A program made the translations under genes and the position numbers. 59,611 nucleotides of DNA from a virus (Duplodnaviria; Caudoviricetes), in IMG/VR virus record IMGVR_UViG_3300049434_000096, positions 1-59,611 of that record, one strand, 5' to 3'. The notes beneath the pieces were generated by a model, which was not told the origin of the DNA, did not search any database, and saw only the letters and a program-made list of their open reading frames with translations. Positions 25,875-35,972 of the stretch are shown here, piece after piece. Every line of letters begins with the position of its first letter. The first letter of the stretch is position 1.

Positions 25875-26207
25875 TCAGGCCGGCTTCGTCTTCAGGCCCA
25901 TGAGCCAGTTCATGCCCGTCTCGTCGAGCATGGCCTTCTTCGGCAGAAAGACCTGGCCCGGCCGGCGCGGCAGCACGATCTCGTCGGTTGCGCTCCAGAC
26001 CGGCACGTCGGCGACCGCGACCTCGACGGCGCAGTCGCCGCCGACGACGCGCGAGCCGGCCAGCGCCTTCTCCTGATCGTCATATTCGACCAGCGCCGCG
26101 ATGGGCAGCGCCGACCCGCCCGCCGGGGTGTAGGTGATCGTGTCGCCCAGAAGCGCGTAGGTCGAGGTGTTGAGGGTCTCGTCCAGCGCTTCCAGGGCGG
26201 TCGGCAT
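25875..26207 (-). CDS. Head-tail joining/closure protein
   Basis: LGDTITYTP motif; size and position as gpFII. Confidence 0.7.
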   Translation of the reverse strand: MPTALEALDETLNTSTYALLGDTITYTPAGGSALPIAALVEYDDQEKALAGSRVVGGDCAVEVAVADVPVWSATDEIVLPRRPGQVFLPKKAMLDETGMNWLMGLKTKPA

Positions 26208-26215
26208 GGGCGGGC

Positions 26216-26632
26216 TCAGTCGACCGGGGCGTCGGCGGCGGGCGCAAGGCCGGCCTGAAGCTCGGCGACGCGGGCCTGCATCTTGGTCTTGCCCTTGACG
26301 ATGATCGCCGCGTCCAGCCCCGGGCCGGTGATCTCATACTTGCCGACCGGGACGGATTTCACGGCGAAGGGGGCCGGGTCGAGCGATCCGGCTTCGGCCA
26401 GCTTCTTCGCTGCGCCCTTCGAGCGCGTTGACGCCGGCCCCTTTTTCGAACCGCCGCGGCCGCCATCGTCGTCATGGTCGAGCTGATCGCGGGCGACGAT
26501 CCCCTCCTCGACCAAGCGGTCGAGGTCGGCCGCCGGGATTTTGGCCGGCTGGCCCTCGTTGATGACGATCATCTGCGTACCGTCGTGATAGACGTGGCCC
26601 TTCAGGCCGGGGCGGGTGACAAAGTGCGTCAT
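26216..26632 (-). CDS. Hypothetical protein after capsid gene
   Basis: GGGAGG SD; DQLDHDDDGGRGGS motif. Confidence 0.6.
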   Translation of the reverse strand: MTHFVTRPGLKGHVYHDGTQMIVINEGQPAKIPAADLDRLVEEGIVARDQLDHDDDGGRGGSKKGPASTRSKGAAKKLAEAGSLDPAPFAVKSVPVGKYEITGPGLDAAIIVKGKTKMQARVAELQAGLAPAADAPVD

Positions 26633-26643
26633 AGCGACCTCCC

Positions 26644-27687
26644 TTAGACCACGGCCGTCAGCACGAGGTCGGGCCTCGTGTTGAGGAACAGCGGATAGGC
26701 GTAGAGCTCGGGCTGGACCCACCAGTTGCGCTGAAGGTCGCGGACGATGCCGGGGTACATTTCCTGACCCTCGCTACCGAGCTCGTCGATCGACTCGCCC
26801 GGCCCCATGATGTGCCGGAACATGCCGGGCAGGCCGACGGGGAAGATCACGGCCTTGTCGGTGTGGACCCCGACCGCGGTGCCGCCCACCGTCGCGCCGC
26901 GGTAATTGTACCAATCGACATTGCCGTAGCTGAACTTGCCGTAGATGTTGGTCTGCTGCAGTTCGTCGGCGCGGGCCTGCTGAGCCAGCCAGATCTTGTG
27001 CACGTCGGCGTGGCTGGTCAGATAATCGTAGAAGTTGTTGCCGGCCAGACCGATCAGGCGGACGTTGGCGTTCTCGCCGTCCTGCAGGGCGTCGACGATC
27101 GGCCGCTGGATCTTCGACTGGATGTCCCGCTTCAGCTTGCCCAACACGGGGGTCGCATTGTCGAGGTCGAGGTCGATGTCGGCCGGCGCCGAAACGTCCC
27201 AAGCGGTCCAGTAATTGTAGACCACCTTGACGCCGTTCGAGTCGTAGACGATTCCCTTCACCGCCCCCATCATGTGGTGCTCGAAGGTCAGCTTCATGTC
27301 CTGCTTCAGCCGCGCCTGCTTGCGCGCCAGTTTGCGGCCGACCACGTCGGCGACGTCCTCGCCGATCGCCGGGCTGACGTTGCGCAGTTCGTGCGCGTAG
27401 ATTTTGTCGGCCTTCGCGAGGCGAGGAATGATGAACGGCCGGATGTTCTCGGGCTCCGGCTCGGCCGCCTCGATCGGCGCGCCGCGCAGAGTCGTGGCGA
27501 TGAGCGCCTGGCGCCCCTGCTCCATCGCGATCGCGACCTTGTCGGTGTCGACCGGCTCCGGCTCGAAAATGTTGAGCGAGGCGAGGAAGCCCGGATTGTA
27601 GGGCATCTTCTTCACGCTCTCGAGCATGGAAACGACGCCGAATTTCTCGGCATCGTCGAAGACGTCGAAGATGTGCTTGTTGGCCAT
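26644..27687 (-). CDS. Major capsid protein, lambda E family
   Basis: TFEHHMMGAVKG, YAYPLFLNTRP; size and position. Confidence 0.9.
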   Translation of the reverse strand: MANKHIFDVFDDAEKFGVVSMLESVKKMPYNPGFLASLNIFEPEPVDTDKVAIAMEQGRQALIATTLRGAPIEAAEPEPENIRPFIIPRLAKADKIYAHELRNVSPAIGEDVADVVGRKLARKQARLKQDMKLTFEHHMMGAVKGIVYDSNGVKVVYNYWTAWDVSAPADIDLDLDNATPVLGKLKRDIQSKIQRPIVDALQDGENANVRLIGLAGNNFYDYLTSHADVHKIWLAQQARADELQQTNIYGKFSYGNVDWYNYRGATVGGTAVGVHTDKAVIFPVGLPGMFRHIMGPGESIDELGSEGQEMYPGIVRDLQRNWWVQPELYAYPLFLNTRPDLVLTAVV

Positions 27688-27710
27688 TGTCTGGTTCCTT
27701 TTCCGGCCGG

Positions 27711-28385
27711 CTACGAGGCGTGCTGCGGGATGACGGCGAGACCCTTGTTGCGAAGAGCCTGAATCGCGGCCGCCTTGTTGGCGTCGGAGATGCCGGACTT
27801 GAACGTCAGGCAGGTGCCGAAGATGGTCGCCGGACCGCGAACGGTGGCAACCGTGGTGACGTCGGCGTCGGTCGCGTCGACGCCGACGCCGAGGATGGCC
27901 GTGGCCGCTTCCCTGCCGTCGACGCCCGCCGCATCGTGGAGAGCGTATTTGTTCGACGTCGCGTAGCTCACCGTCACGGTGAAGCCGTCGCCGGCAACAA
28001 AGTCGGTCGCGTCGGAGATGGTGAAGTTGATTGTGCCGTTGTAGGCGACGCCGACCGTGCCGGTGCCGTCGAGCGAGCCGTCCGGCTTTTCGACGCGAAA
28101 GGTGCCGGCGTTGGCCGCGGGCTCGGTGATCTCGATCTTGTAGGCGCCGGGGTTGGCACCCGCGTCGGCGGTAAGCGAGCCGACCGTGCCGGTCCCGGAA
28201 TTCCCAGCGAAAGCCACGGCGGCCGCGACTGTCTGGGTGCCGCCTTCGGTGATCTGGCCGAGCACGGTGCCCGGACCGAGCTTGCCCGCGCCCGAGACGA
28301 TGATGATCTCCTCGTTGATGATGTTCGCGGCCGCGCTCTCGCCGAGATAGTAGAAGTCGCGCTTGGTGGTGGAAGTGATGACCAT
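27711..28385 (-). CDS. Head decoration protein D-like, with inserted Ig-like segment
   Basis: KLGPGTVLG, DGREAATAIL, DATDAD motifs. Confidence 0.8.
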   Translation of the reverse strand: MVITSTTKRDFYYLGESAAANIINEEIIIVSGAGKLGPGTVLGQITEGGTQTVAAAVAFAGNSGTGTVGSLTADAGANPGAYKIEITEPAANAGTFRVEKPDGSLDGTGTVGVAYNGTINFTISDATDFVAGDGFTVTVSYATSNKYALHDAAGVDGREAATAILGVGVDATDADVTTVATVRGPATIFGTCLTFKSGISDANKAAAIQALRNKGLAVIPQHAS

Positions 28386-28397
28386 GGCGGTCTCTCC

Positions 28398-28898
28398 TTA
28401 TTTGCTCGAGTTGGGGGTGAAGGCTTTCGCGTGGACGCGATCCCAGAAAGCGCCGGCCTCCTGCCGGCTCGTCGGCTCCGTCTCCGCCCCGGCCCCGAGC
28501 GCCGGATTCGGCGCCCGCATCCGGGCCAGCATGTCGTTGGCGCTCGCCGGGGTGAGGCCGGGGAGCTTGGCGATGATGCGGTCGGCCGCCATGTCGGTCT
28601 CGGTCAGCAGCAGCACGGCGGCGGCTTCGCGGCCCTTGACGTCGGGGGAGGCGAATACGTCGGCGACGCGCTGGCGCTCCTCGGCGCGCGCGGTGGCGAC
28701 GGGATCGGGCGCGTCGGCGTCCGGCGCGGGGTCGGGCTTCGGTGCAGGGTCCGGTTCGGGCGCGAGATTCGGCGCCGGCTCGGGATCGGGATCAGGCGCG
28801 GGGGCCGGATCGGGCTGGGGGCCTTGGCCGCCATCATCGCCGAGAAGCACGTCGGCGGCGACGCGCGCCAGTGTGGAGCCCCTTGGAAGGAAGTGCAT
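28398..28898 (-). CDS. Scaffold-like protein with Pro/Asp-rich repeats
   Basis: AAGGAG SD; PDPAPAPDP linker, ARAEERQR. Confidence 0.65.
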   Translation of the reverse strand: MHFLPRGSTLARVAADVLLGDDGGQGPQPDPAPAPDPDPEPAPNLAPEPDPAPKPDPAPDADAPDPVATARAEERQRVADVFASPDVKGREAAAVLLLTETDMAADRIIAKLPGLTPASANDMLARMRAPNPALGAGAETEPTSRQEAGAFWDRVHAKAFTPNSSK

Positions 28899-28924
28899 AA
28901 TCAGTCTCCTTGTTTCGTGGTCGG

Positions 28925-29845
28925 TCAGGCCCGACGGGCCAGTGACCTTTGCAGCTTCGCGAAGGCCTCGACCTCGCTGAGAATTCCGTCGATCAACCCC
29001 CATTCGAGCGCCTGAGGCGCGTCGAACCAGCGCGACCGCATTTCTTTGATCTTGGCGAGCGTCACGGTGCGCCGATTGGCGAAGACGTGCCGGGCGAACA
29101 TATCGACCGTCTGAGCCACAGAGTCCTGCCACTGGCCCCGCCATTCCTCGGCGACGCCCGCGTCTTCCTCTTCAAGGCCGGAACCTCTGGCCTTCAGGTC
29201 GTACTCGCGGAAGAATTCCACCGCGATGCCCTCGTCGGCCAGCGCCTTGGTCCAGTCGACATAGAGCATGTAGGCGCCGATCGAGCCGGAGACGCTGGTC
29301 TGCGTGCCCCACACCTTGTCTGCGGCGCAGGCCAGGGCATAGGCGGCCGAGCAGGCCTCGTCGTTGACCATGGCCCAGACCGGCTTGCCGTTCGAACCGC
29401 GCTGGCTGCCGGCCGCGATCTCGTCGGCCAGGTCGAAACAGCCGTAGACCTCGCCGCCAGGCGAATGAATGTCGAGCCAGATGGCGCGGACCTGATCGTC
29501 GGCGCGCGCCTGGCGCACCTTGGCCGCGATGCCGTCGTATCCGGTCATGCCCGACCAGGGATCGACGCTGCCGAGCTTGTGGACCAGCGTGCCCTCGATC
29601 TCGATCATCGCGACGCCGTCGATCACGTCGTAGTAGCGGCGCTCGGCGCGCGGCTCCGACGTACCATCGGTCGCCATGGCGTTCATCTCGACCACGGTCA
29701 TTGCCGAGCCGTCCATCCGCTCGAGCTTGGCAATGCCGAGACGGTCCGCCAGGGCCGCGACCAGCATCTCGGCCTTTTCGGGGCGGAGCATGAGCGGAGT
29801 GTTGAACAGCCGCGACGCGACGTGGGCGAAGTTCGGGCGGCTCAT
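28925..29845 (-). CDS. S49 family capsid maturation protease
   Basis: IHSPGGEV, CSAAYAL, GSIG motifs. Confidence 0.9.
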   Translation of the reverse strand: MSRPNFAHVASRLFNTPLMLRPEKAEMLVAALADRLGIAKLERMDGSAMTVVEMNAMATDGTSEPRAERRYYDVIDGVAMIEIEGTLVHKLGSVDPWSGMTGYDGIAAKVRQARADDQVRAIWLDIHSPGGEVYGCFDLADEIAAGSQRGSNGKPVWAMVNDEACSAAYALACAADKVWGTQTSVSGSIGAYMLYVDWTKALADEGIAVEFFREYDLKARGSGLEEEDAGVAEEWRGQWQDSVAQTVDMFARHVFANRRTVTLAKIKEMRSRWFDAPQALEWGLIDGILSEVEAFAKLQRSLARRA

Positions 29846-31611
29846 GCGTCTTCTCCACGGGCTTCGCGAGCGTCGGCAACGTCGTTGTCGCCCCAAGGAT
29901 CGCCGCTCGGATCGTATTCGAGCGCCAGCGCGCCAGTCGGTTGCCGGCCGGTTGCGCCGTTGTCCGCGCCGCCCGCCGCGCCATTCTCACCCCCGGCAGC
30001 CGGGTCGGGCGCCGCCGCAGGATCCGGCACCAAGCCGTAACCGATGAGCGCTTCCTGCTCGCGCTTGCGCTGCCAGAGCACCTCGCGCCAATCGAGTCCG
30101 CGCTCGGCGCAATGGGCCTCGAGCGTGCCGACGAAGCCGTCGCGGTCGATCTGGTCGCCCTTGCCCTCCTTGAGCTTGTCGATCGAGCCCGACGGGGGCC
30201 CGAGCCACTCGCAGCGGGTCAGCGCGGCGTAGTGGACGTAGAACATGGCCTGCCCGCCCGGCACGTCGATCATGTCGCGGGCCACGAACTCCTCGAGCGC
30301 GGTGGCGTAGACTGGCGAGCAGAACGCGGTGCAGAAGCTGAAGCGCTCCGAGGTCCAGCCCCGGTTCGCCTCGTTCTTGATCATCCGCGCGTTCGAATAG
30401 TTCACCCCGGCCCAGCGGCCCGTCATCTGCTCGCTGGCAAGACCAAAGGGCGACGAGACGGCGCCGAGCTGGAAATCGGTGAACGCGGTGAAGTTCGTGG
30501 TCGGGTTGGTCGGCGCGACGGTGACGACCTTCTCGCCCGGGACCAGATTGGCGAGCGGCACGCCCGCCATCGAAACATCGGTCGCCTCATGGAAGGCAAG
30601 GCGCAGCGCCTGATAGTCGGAAAGTATCTCGACGCCGTTCTCATTCTCGTCGCCCGCTGGCGCAATCGCTTGGCGGACGAACTCGCTGTCGAATGGGCTC
30701 TCGATGTACATCCCGTAGGCCTGGTTCCGCATCGCGGCCTGGATTTCGTAGCGGTCGTAGGTGTCGAGGTTCTTCATCCGCCCCATCGAGGGAGTCAGCA
30801 CGCCGAGCGAGCGGTGCTGGTGGGCGCGCCGCTTGTTGACGGCGTGGATAAAGATCGGACGGCCGCGCTCGTTCTCGCGCGGTACGAAGGTGTGCTTCTG
30901 GCCTTCGAACGTATTGCCGACATCGCCGGGGTGGCTTCGCCGTACCCAGTAACCGACTGCTGCGCCGGTTTCCGGGTCGGCCGCCACGCCGCCGCGCAAC
31001 TCGTTGCCGAATTCGTCTTTGTCGGCATCCGACTTGCCGACTGGATTGGAAAGCCGATCCGGGTCGAGGACTAGGACGCAAGTCTCGAACGGGCCGCCGC
31101 GGTCCCGCATGTTGATCACGGCACAGGCCTCGCCGTCGAGCAGCCAGTGGATATAGGCGAGCCGGACGAGGCCCCCGAACGTAAGGTGCCGCTCGACGTC
31201 GCACAGGAAGCGCGGGTCGTTGGCCCAGGTCCGCCACAGCGCCTCGACCTTCATCGCCCATTCGTCGGCCCATTCCGCCGTCTGGCCCATGGCGAGGAAG
31301 TCGGGCTTGGCCTTCAGCCGAATGTTCGAGCCGACGATCGCGTCGGCTTTCTTCGTGACCGCGCCGTTGATCCACGGATTGTTGCGGTCGAGGTCGCGGC
31401 TGCGTGCCACCACCTTGTCGCGGCTCGGCAGTATCTCGGCGTCGGAGGAGCGCAGACGCGGGTGCCAGCCGGAGAGCTCCTGGCTGCCGTGCGACCCGGC
31501 CTGATACGCGGTATTGAGGCCGAACGAAACGTAGCCGCGCCGTCCGGGCGGGGCTGCGATGCTGGCCTTGACGGTTCCGGCCGGCGCGCCGCCGGCGACG
31601 ACGCCGGCCAT
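29842..31611 (-). CDS. Portal protein, lambda family
   Basis: ARSRDLDRNN, DGEA, NYSNAR, IDKLKE. Confidence 0.92.
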   Translation of the reverse strand: MAGVVAGGAPAGTVKASIAAPPGRRGYVSFGLNTAYQAGSHGSQELSGWHPRLRSSDAEILPSRDKVVARSRDLDRNNPWINGAVTKKADAIVGSNIRLKAKPDFLAMGQTAEWADEWAMKVEALWRTWANDPRFLCDVERHLTFGGLVRLAYIHWLLDGEACAVINMRDRGGPFETCVLVLDPDRLSNPVGKSDADKDEFGNELRGGVAADPETGAAVGYWVRRSHPGDVGNTFEGQKHTFVPRENERGRPIFIHAVNKRRAHQHRSLGVLTPSMGRMKNLDTYDRYEIQAAMRNQAYGMYIESPFDSEFVRQAIAPAGDENENGVEILSDYQALRLAFHEATDVSMAGVPLANLVPGEKVVTVAPTNPTTNFTAFTDFQLGAVSSPFGLASEQMTGRWAGVNYSNARMIKNEANRGWTSERFSFCTAFCSPVYATALEEFVARDMIDVPGGQAMFYVHYAALTRCEWLGPPSGSIDKLKEGKGDQIDRDGFVGTLEAHCAERGLDWREVLWQRKREQEALIGYGLVPDPAAAPDPAAGGENGAAGGADNGATGRQPTGALALEYDPSGDPWGDNDVADAREARGEDA

Positions 31612-31850
31612 CAGGTGCCGTAGCGCATCGTGAAGGCCCGGCGCCGGCGCGTGCCGAGGCAATTTAGGCGGAGAATTTCGTTGTCGGTCCAGAGCAGAGC
31701 AGCGTCGAGCTGCGCCAGCGTTGGATTGTCCCTGATCAGGGTCCGCCCGGCCCGCGTGACCTGGCGCACCGCTCCCGTCGTGAGAAAGGTCAGGCGCGCG
31801 GCGTAGATCGCGTCGTGGTCGGCCTGCAATTCTTCGACGGTGTGCGCCAA
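31611..31850 (-). CDS. gpW-like head-tail adaptor
   Basis: 79 aa between terminase and portal; ends RRRAFT. Confidence 0.7.
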   Translation of the reverse strand: MAHTVEELQADHDAIYAARLTFLTTGAVRQVTRAGRTLIRDNPTLAQLDAALLWTDNEILRLNCLGTRRRRAFTMRYGT

Positions 31851-31851
31851 G

Positions 31852-33957
31852 TCATGATCTCCGTTTGTTGAGCGCCGCCATCCGTTCGATGGCGCTCAGG
31901 GTTGTCTTTTTCGGTTCCGCCGGCAGTGCTTCGCCCGTTCCCGTCATCGGCACCGGCCGGGCCCAGACCGGCTTCTTAACGTCCCACTTGATGTCTGCCC
32001 GCTCGGGCTGAAGCATCTGGCGCACCGCCTCGTTGTAGCCGGACAGGTCCAGCGATTCGTTCGCGCCGCGCCGCTCGAACTTGCCGTCGATGAAGACCTC
32101 GCCGCAGAGCTCGTCGTAGAGCGAATGCGGCAGGTTGTCGGCGAACCGGACGTAGCCGGGCCCGTCCTCGTCCAGCACCAACCGCTCGATCACCAGCGCC
32201 TTCAATTTGTCGACGTTGAGCGTGAACTCGCGGACCGACGGGACGATTGGCTTGTTCTCGTCGTCCTTGTTGATCTCGCGGGCCGCGCCGACCTCGGGCG
32301 CGTTCTTCGACGTGCCGCCCTTGATCAGCCTGACCCTGTACCCCTTCGCCCCGCTCTCGCCTTCGCGCAGCATCCGCCGACAAAACTCCCGAGCCTTCCA
32401 GGTGACGTGCCCGTCGCCGGTGTCGATCGCCATGCCCGCTATCGGCATAGCGTGCCCGGGATTGTCCTGCAGCGGAACGAGACGCCGCAGCACCTCGTCG
32501 CGCAGCACGATCCAATCCTCCTGCCGCTCGGGCGGCCGCAGATCGACCATCCGGCCATCCGGCAGCCGCCGCTGGGTCAGCGTGAACCGCTCGATCTTCC
32601 AGTTCCGGCTCTCGATGTCCCAGCCTTCGATCTGGACGTCGAACTTGCGGCCGCCGACGTCGACCGCGGCCGTGGCGAAAAGGGCACCGCGCGGGAATGT
32701 CCCGGCGTTGAAAACCTCGTCCTCGTCCTGCGCCTCGGCGCGTTCGCGCAGCTTGGTCGGGTCGAGCGAGCCGGCACCCTTGCCGCCGCCCTCATAGACC
32801 TCGCCGATGACCTTCGCGGTCACTTCGCGCAGCCGGTCCGACTTCCTTGTCCGCTCGAACACGAGCAGCGCCGCGACGTAGCGGCGCGCCATGTCGCCGA
32901 AGCCGACCCAGGGCGACATCGAGCCGTGAATCCACGCCCCCGATATCGCTTTCGAGCGAGGCTCGCCGAGGATCTTGCCGTCGCGGCCGATCAGCTGGCC
33001 TTCGAAGACGTAATCGCCGCCCTCGTTCATCGCCGCCTTATGCACGTCGGCCATCAGCTTGGCGCAGTGCGGGCAGAGCATCCCGGCCGTGTTCTCGACG
33101 ATGTCGAGCAACTCGTCGTCGGACACGCCCGCCGGCCTTTCGTAACTGAGCCGCATGTGCATGCCTTTCGGCGCGGTCGGGCACGGGCTTGAATAGCCGT
33201 TGCAGTTCGAGCAGGGCCAATACCAGATGCCCCGGTTCGACTCTTTCCACGCCGCCGCGATGCCGACGGTCCAGCCCGCGTCCATGTGGCTGCACAAATA
33301 GCCCTTGAACCGCGTCCCGGCCGTCGTGCCCCTGATCTTCACCTGGTCGACGAAGCTCGGCATCAGCTTGCGGTTTGCCGCGTCGATCTCGTCGCCGGCG
33401 ATAAAGCCCGCGTCGCGGCCGGTTACGGTCCGGCTGTTGAGCTGGAGCCATTCCAGCAACCGGTCCGCGACTTTTTTGCGCGCCAGCTTGTTGTCGGACC
33501 GGCCGAGGCCGAGCTTGGCCGCGATATCCGGATGCAGCTCGAATATCTTCGAGACGTGCCGGTCGACGTAGCTGTCCCGCTCGGAGTCGCTCGGCAGATA
33601 CCAGAGCACGTCGGGCAGCGGGCCGAACTTCATCAGCTTGAACAGGTAATTCTCGCCCGCGACCGTGCCGCCGGTGCGGCCCGCCTTGGGCACCACGACC
33701 AGCTTGACTTCGGGATCGTCGAGCAGGTCCTGAATCTTGTTGATGTACGGCGTCAGCGTCGGCGACCAGAGCGTCGCGCCGGTCCCGACCTTGTCGGGGA
33801 TCAGCCGATACCGGGCCGCGCAATCGGTCGTCGAAATCCGCTCCGGCGGAGTGAGAAGATCGATTGCCGAGAGCGCGATCGGCGCCGGCCGACAAAGGAA
33901 ATCGCCCCGCGCCAGCCCTTCGAGATCGCGCTCTAGCGTCTCAAGCTCCGCGCGCAT
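31852..33957 (-). CDS. Terminase large subunit, GpA family
   Basis: TPY, KAGRTGGT, DEID, CxxC, AVDV, IDTG, NESLD. Confidence 0.92.
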   Translation of the reverse strand: MRAELETLERDLEGLARGDFLCRPAPIALSAIDLLTPPERISTTDCAARYRLIPDKVGTGATLWSPTLTPYINKIQDLLDDPEVKLVVVPKAGRTGGTVAGENYLFKLMKFGPLPDVLWYLPSDSERDSYVDRHVSKIFELHPDIAAKLGLGRSDNKLARKKVADRLLEWLQLNSRTVTGRDAGFIAGDEIDAANRKLMPSFVDQVKIRGTTAGTRFKGYLCSHMDAGWTVGIAAAWKESNRGIWYWPCSNCNGYSSPCPTAPKGMHMRLSYERPAGVSDDELLDIVENTAGMLCPHCAKLMADVHKAAMNEGGDYVFEGQLIGRDGKILGEPRSKAISGAWIHGSMSPWVGFGDMARRYVAALLVFERTRKSDRLREVTAKVIGEVYEGGGKGAGSLDPTKLRERAEAQDEDEVFNAGTFPRGALFATAAVDVGGRKFDVQIEGWDIESRNWKIERFTLTQRRLPDGRMVDLRPPERQEDWIVLRDEVLRRLVPLQDNPGHAMPIAGMAIDTGDGHVTWKAREFCRRMLREGESGAKGYRVRLIKGGTSKNAPEVGAAREINKDDENKPIVPSVREFTLNVDKLKALVIERLVLDEDGPGYVRFADNLPHSLYDELCGEVFIDGKFERRGANESLDLSGYNEAVRQMLQPERADIKWDVKKPVWARPVPMTGTGEALPAEPKKTTLSAIERMAALNKRRS

Positions 33958-34606
33958 CCCATTCTCCGATCGTGGCTTCAAGCCGAGCCCGCACCCTCAC
34001 CAGCACGTCGGCCAGCGCATCTTCGACCTGCAGGCGGAAAGCCGGTTCCCATTGCCCGGCCTGGTCGATCTTGGACGTGATCCCCATCGTCTCGGCCTGC
34101 ATCGCCGTCATCAGTGCCCAGAGAAGCCCTTCGACTTCCGACCGTTCGAGCAATTCGCCGTTCTTCTGGCGCTCGGCTCGCATCTTGGCGCGGGCGTCGG
34201 CGAAGTCTTTGATCGCCAGCGCGCTTTCGCGCAGCTCCCGGGCAGCGATGCCGGGCCCGACACCGTCCGCGGTCGGCGGGGAATGAGCCGCCGCGTCGCC
34301 GCCAAGCCCGGCCAGATAGGATGCCCTATCCGTCCGCCGCCCGCGATCGGCCTGCACCGCCCGAGCCTGAGCTATCATGTAATCTAGGGTCGCGACGCCG
34401 CTGAAGACGTACTCGACGCCTTCGCTGCCGCGCTTCTCGACCGGAAAATCCGGGTCGGCCGCGACGATCTCGCGCATGTTGCGCCACGTCATCCCGGCGA
34501 CGCGCGCCATATCGGCGCCGTTGAACGTCTCGTCCGGCCCGATCTGCGCCCGCGCCGCCTCGAGCTTCGCCAGCCTAGCGACGGGATCGCTGGGCAGGCG
34601 CGGCAT
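33941..34606 (-). CDS. Terminase small subunit (Nu1-like)
   Basis: N-terminal wHTH-like FPVEKRG..YVF, GELLERSEV; overlaps large subunit. Confidence 0.75.
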   Translation of the reverse strand: MPRLPSDPVARLAKLEAARAQIGPDETFNGADMARVAGMTWRNMREIVAADPDFPVEKRGSEGVEYVFSGVATLDYMIAQARAVQADRGRRTDRASYLAGLGGDAAAHSPPTADGVGPGIAARELRESALAIKDFADARAKMRAERQKNGELLERSEVEGLLWALMTAMQAETMGITSKIDQAGQWEPAFRLQVEDALADVLVRVRARLEATIGEWDARGA

Positions 34607-34653
34607 TTTGGGGCTCCGGTGATTCGCGGCGTTGGCGCCGGGTCCATACGCGC

Positions 34654-34677
34654 AAAAAGCGCGGGTTTCCGCGCTTT
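34654..34677 (-). terminator. Intrinsic terminator in the late leader (tR'-like)
   Basis: Minus strand AAAGCGCGG-AAAC-CCGCGC-TTTTT, downstream of TTGACA (34750-34745). Confidence 0.55.
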
Positions 34678-34763
34678 CTCAGTCCGTTCGATGCGCTCCG
34701 GGCGCAATGGTTCTTGGGCGCTTTTTGGGCTGCTACGGGCCACCTGTCAAGCATGGGGCTAAA

Positions 34764-35972
34764 TCACGCCCCGACCAAATCGCGATACAGAAGCGGCTGA
34801 ACCGTCCCATCGCCATAGACCGAGTCGAGCCAAACATCGGCGCGCGGCTCATCTCCCTCCCACTTTTCAGGGAAAGTTCGCGCCGCGATCAACTCCCGAA
34901 TTCGCGCTTCCTCTTCCTCGTTAATGAGATCGACGCGCGCACGCTTCTGAATGTCGAGTATTCGTTCCAGCGCCTCCGACCTGGCCTCAAGCGTGAGCGG
35001 CCCCATCCGCTGCGGGTTTTTCGCGATCGAGCCATCCTTGAGCCGCTCAACGCCCCGCTTGCGCAACCGCTGCTCGGGTTTCCGCATCCACCGGTAGAGC
35101 GGCTTCAACTCCATCAGCGGAGAGAGGTGCGCCCACGCCGGCATGGCGATCACCGTCTCTAGCGCCGTGTCGCGGGCCGCCAACGGGCAGCCGATGCAAC
35201 CGGTCCGAGCGTTGATCTCCTCGGCCTCGTCGCCGCCATAGGCATCGGCGAGGATGCGCGTCGGCCAGCCGCCGAACTCAGGCTGCGCCGCATAGAATTT
35301 GAGCCAGTCCCAAACGATGCAAACCCGCCAGTGAAGGATCGGTGCCAGAGTCGCTACGCGGCCCTTAATCCCCTTCGCGTTGGGCAGAACCTGCTGATAC
35401 CAGCCTTGACCGCACTCCGCCCCATCCTTGGAGCACGACATCTTGATCCGTCCGTCGCGCACCGCGCTTTCACCCTCACGGACCCCGGTGATCATAAGCG
35501 CCGTGCCGGGCAGCGCCGTGATCGCTTCCTCCAGCGCCGCGGCCATTGGCTCGACCTTGATCTGCCGCGTGCACCATCGCAGAGTGTTATTGTTGGGCGG
35601 CGGCACGCCGCGCCCCAGAATGTAGACCATGAATCGCTTGTCGATCGGTGCGCGCACAACTCGCACCTCGATCCAATTCCGCTCGCGCAGCTTGGCCATG
35701 ATCAGCTCGGCGGCGGCCTGCAGAGGCGGCAACTCCTGGCGAGTATCTGCGTAGAAGACGTACAGCCGCTCGGGCTGAGGAAGTTCGCCGGCATCGATCA
35801 AGTGGATTAGCAGGGTCAGGGTGGCTGTGCTGTCCTTGCCGCCTGACCATGCTACCGCGACGTGATCGTGATGCGGCCAATAAGCGCGGAGAGACTGGAG
35901 CGTCAGGTCCACCGCCTCCTCGTGGACCATGCGGACTCCGCCGGAGAAAAGGTTGTCGGCGGGCCGGTTCAC
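34764..35972 (-). CDS. PAPS-reductase family protein, DndC-like
   Basis: AWSGGKDS PP-loop, LGRGVPPP, RWCT..IK, ARTGCIGC, GPLTLEAR. Confidence 0.85.
   Translation of the reverse strand: MNRPADNLFSGGVRMVHEEAVDLTLQSLRAYWPHHDHVAVAWSGGKDSTATLTLLIHLIDAGELPQPERLYVFYADTRQELPPLQAAAELIMAKLRERNWIEVRVVRAPIDKRFMVYILGRGVPPPNNNTLRWCTRQIKVEPMAAALEEAITALPGTALMITGVREGESAVRDGRIKMSCSKDGAECGQGWYQQVLPNAKGIKGRVATLAPILHWRVCIVWDWLKFYAAQPEFGGWPTRILADAYGGDEAEEINARTGCIGCPLAARDTALETVIAMPAWAHLSPLMELKPLYRWMRKPEQRLRKRGVERLKDGSIAKNPQRMGPLTLEARSEALERILDIQKRARVDLINEEEEARIRELIAARTFPEKWEGDEPRADVWLDSVYGDGTVQPLLYRDLVGA

Noticed and set aside
28690-28820. Tandem repeats in the scaffold-like gene
   Set aside because: Explained by a Pro/Asp-rich protein linker.
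34764-35972. Complete Dnd/Ssp phosphorothioation system
   Set aside because: Only a DndC-like gene is present; partner genes are absent.
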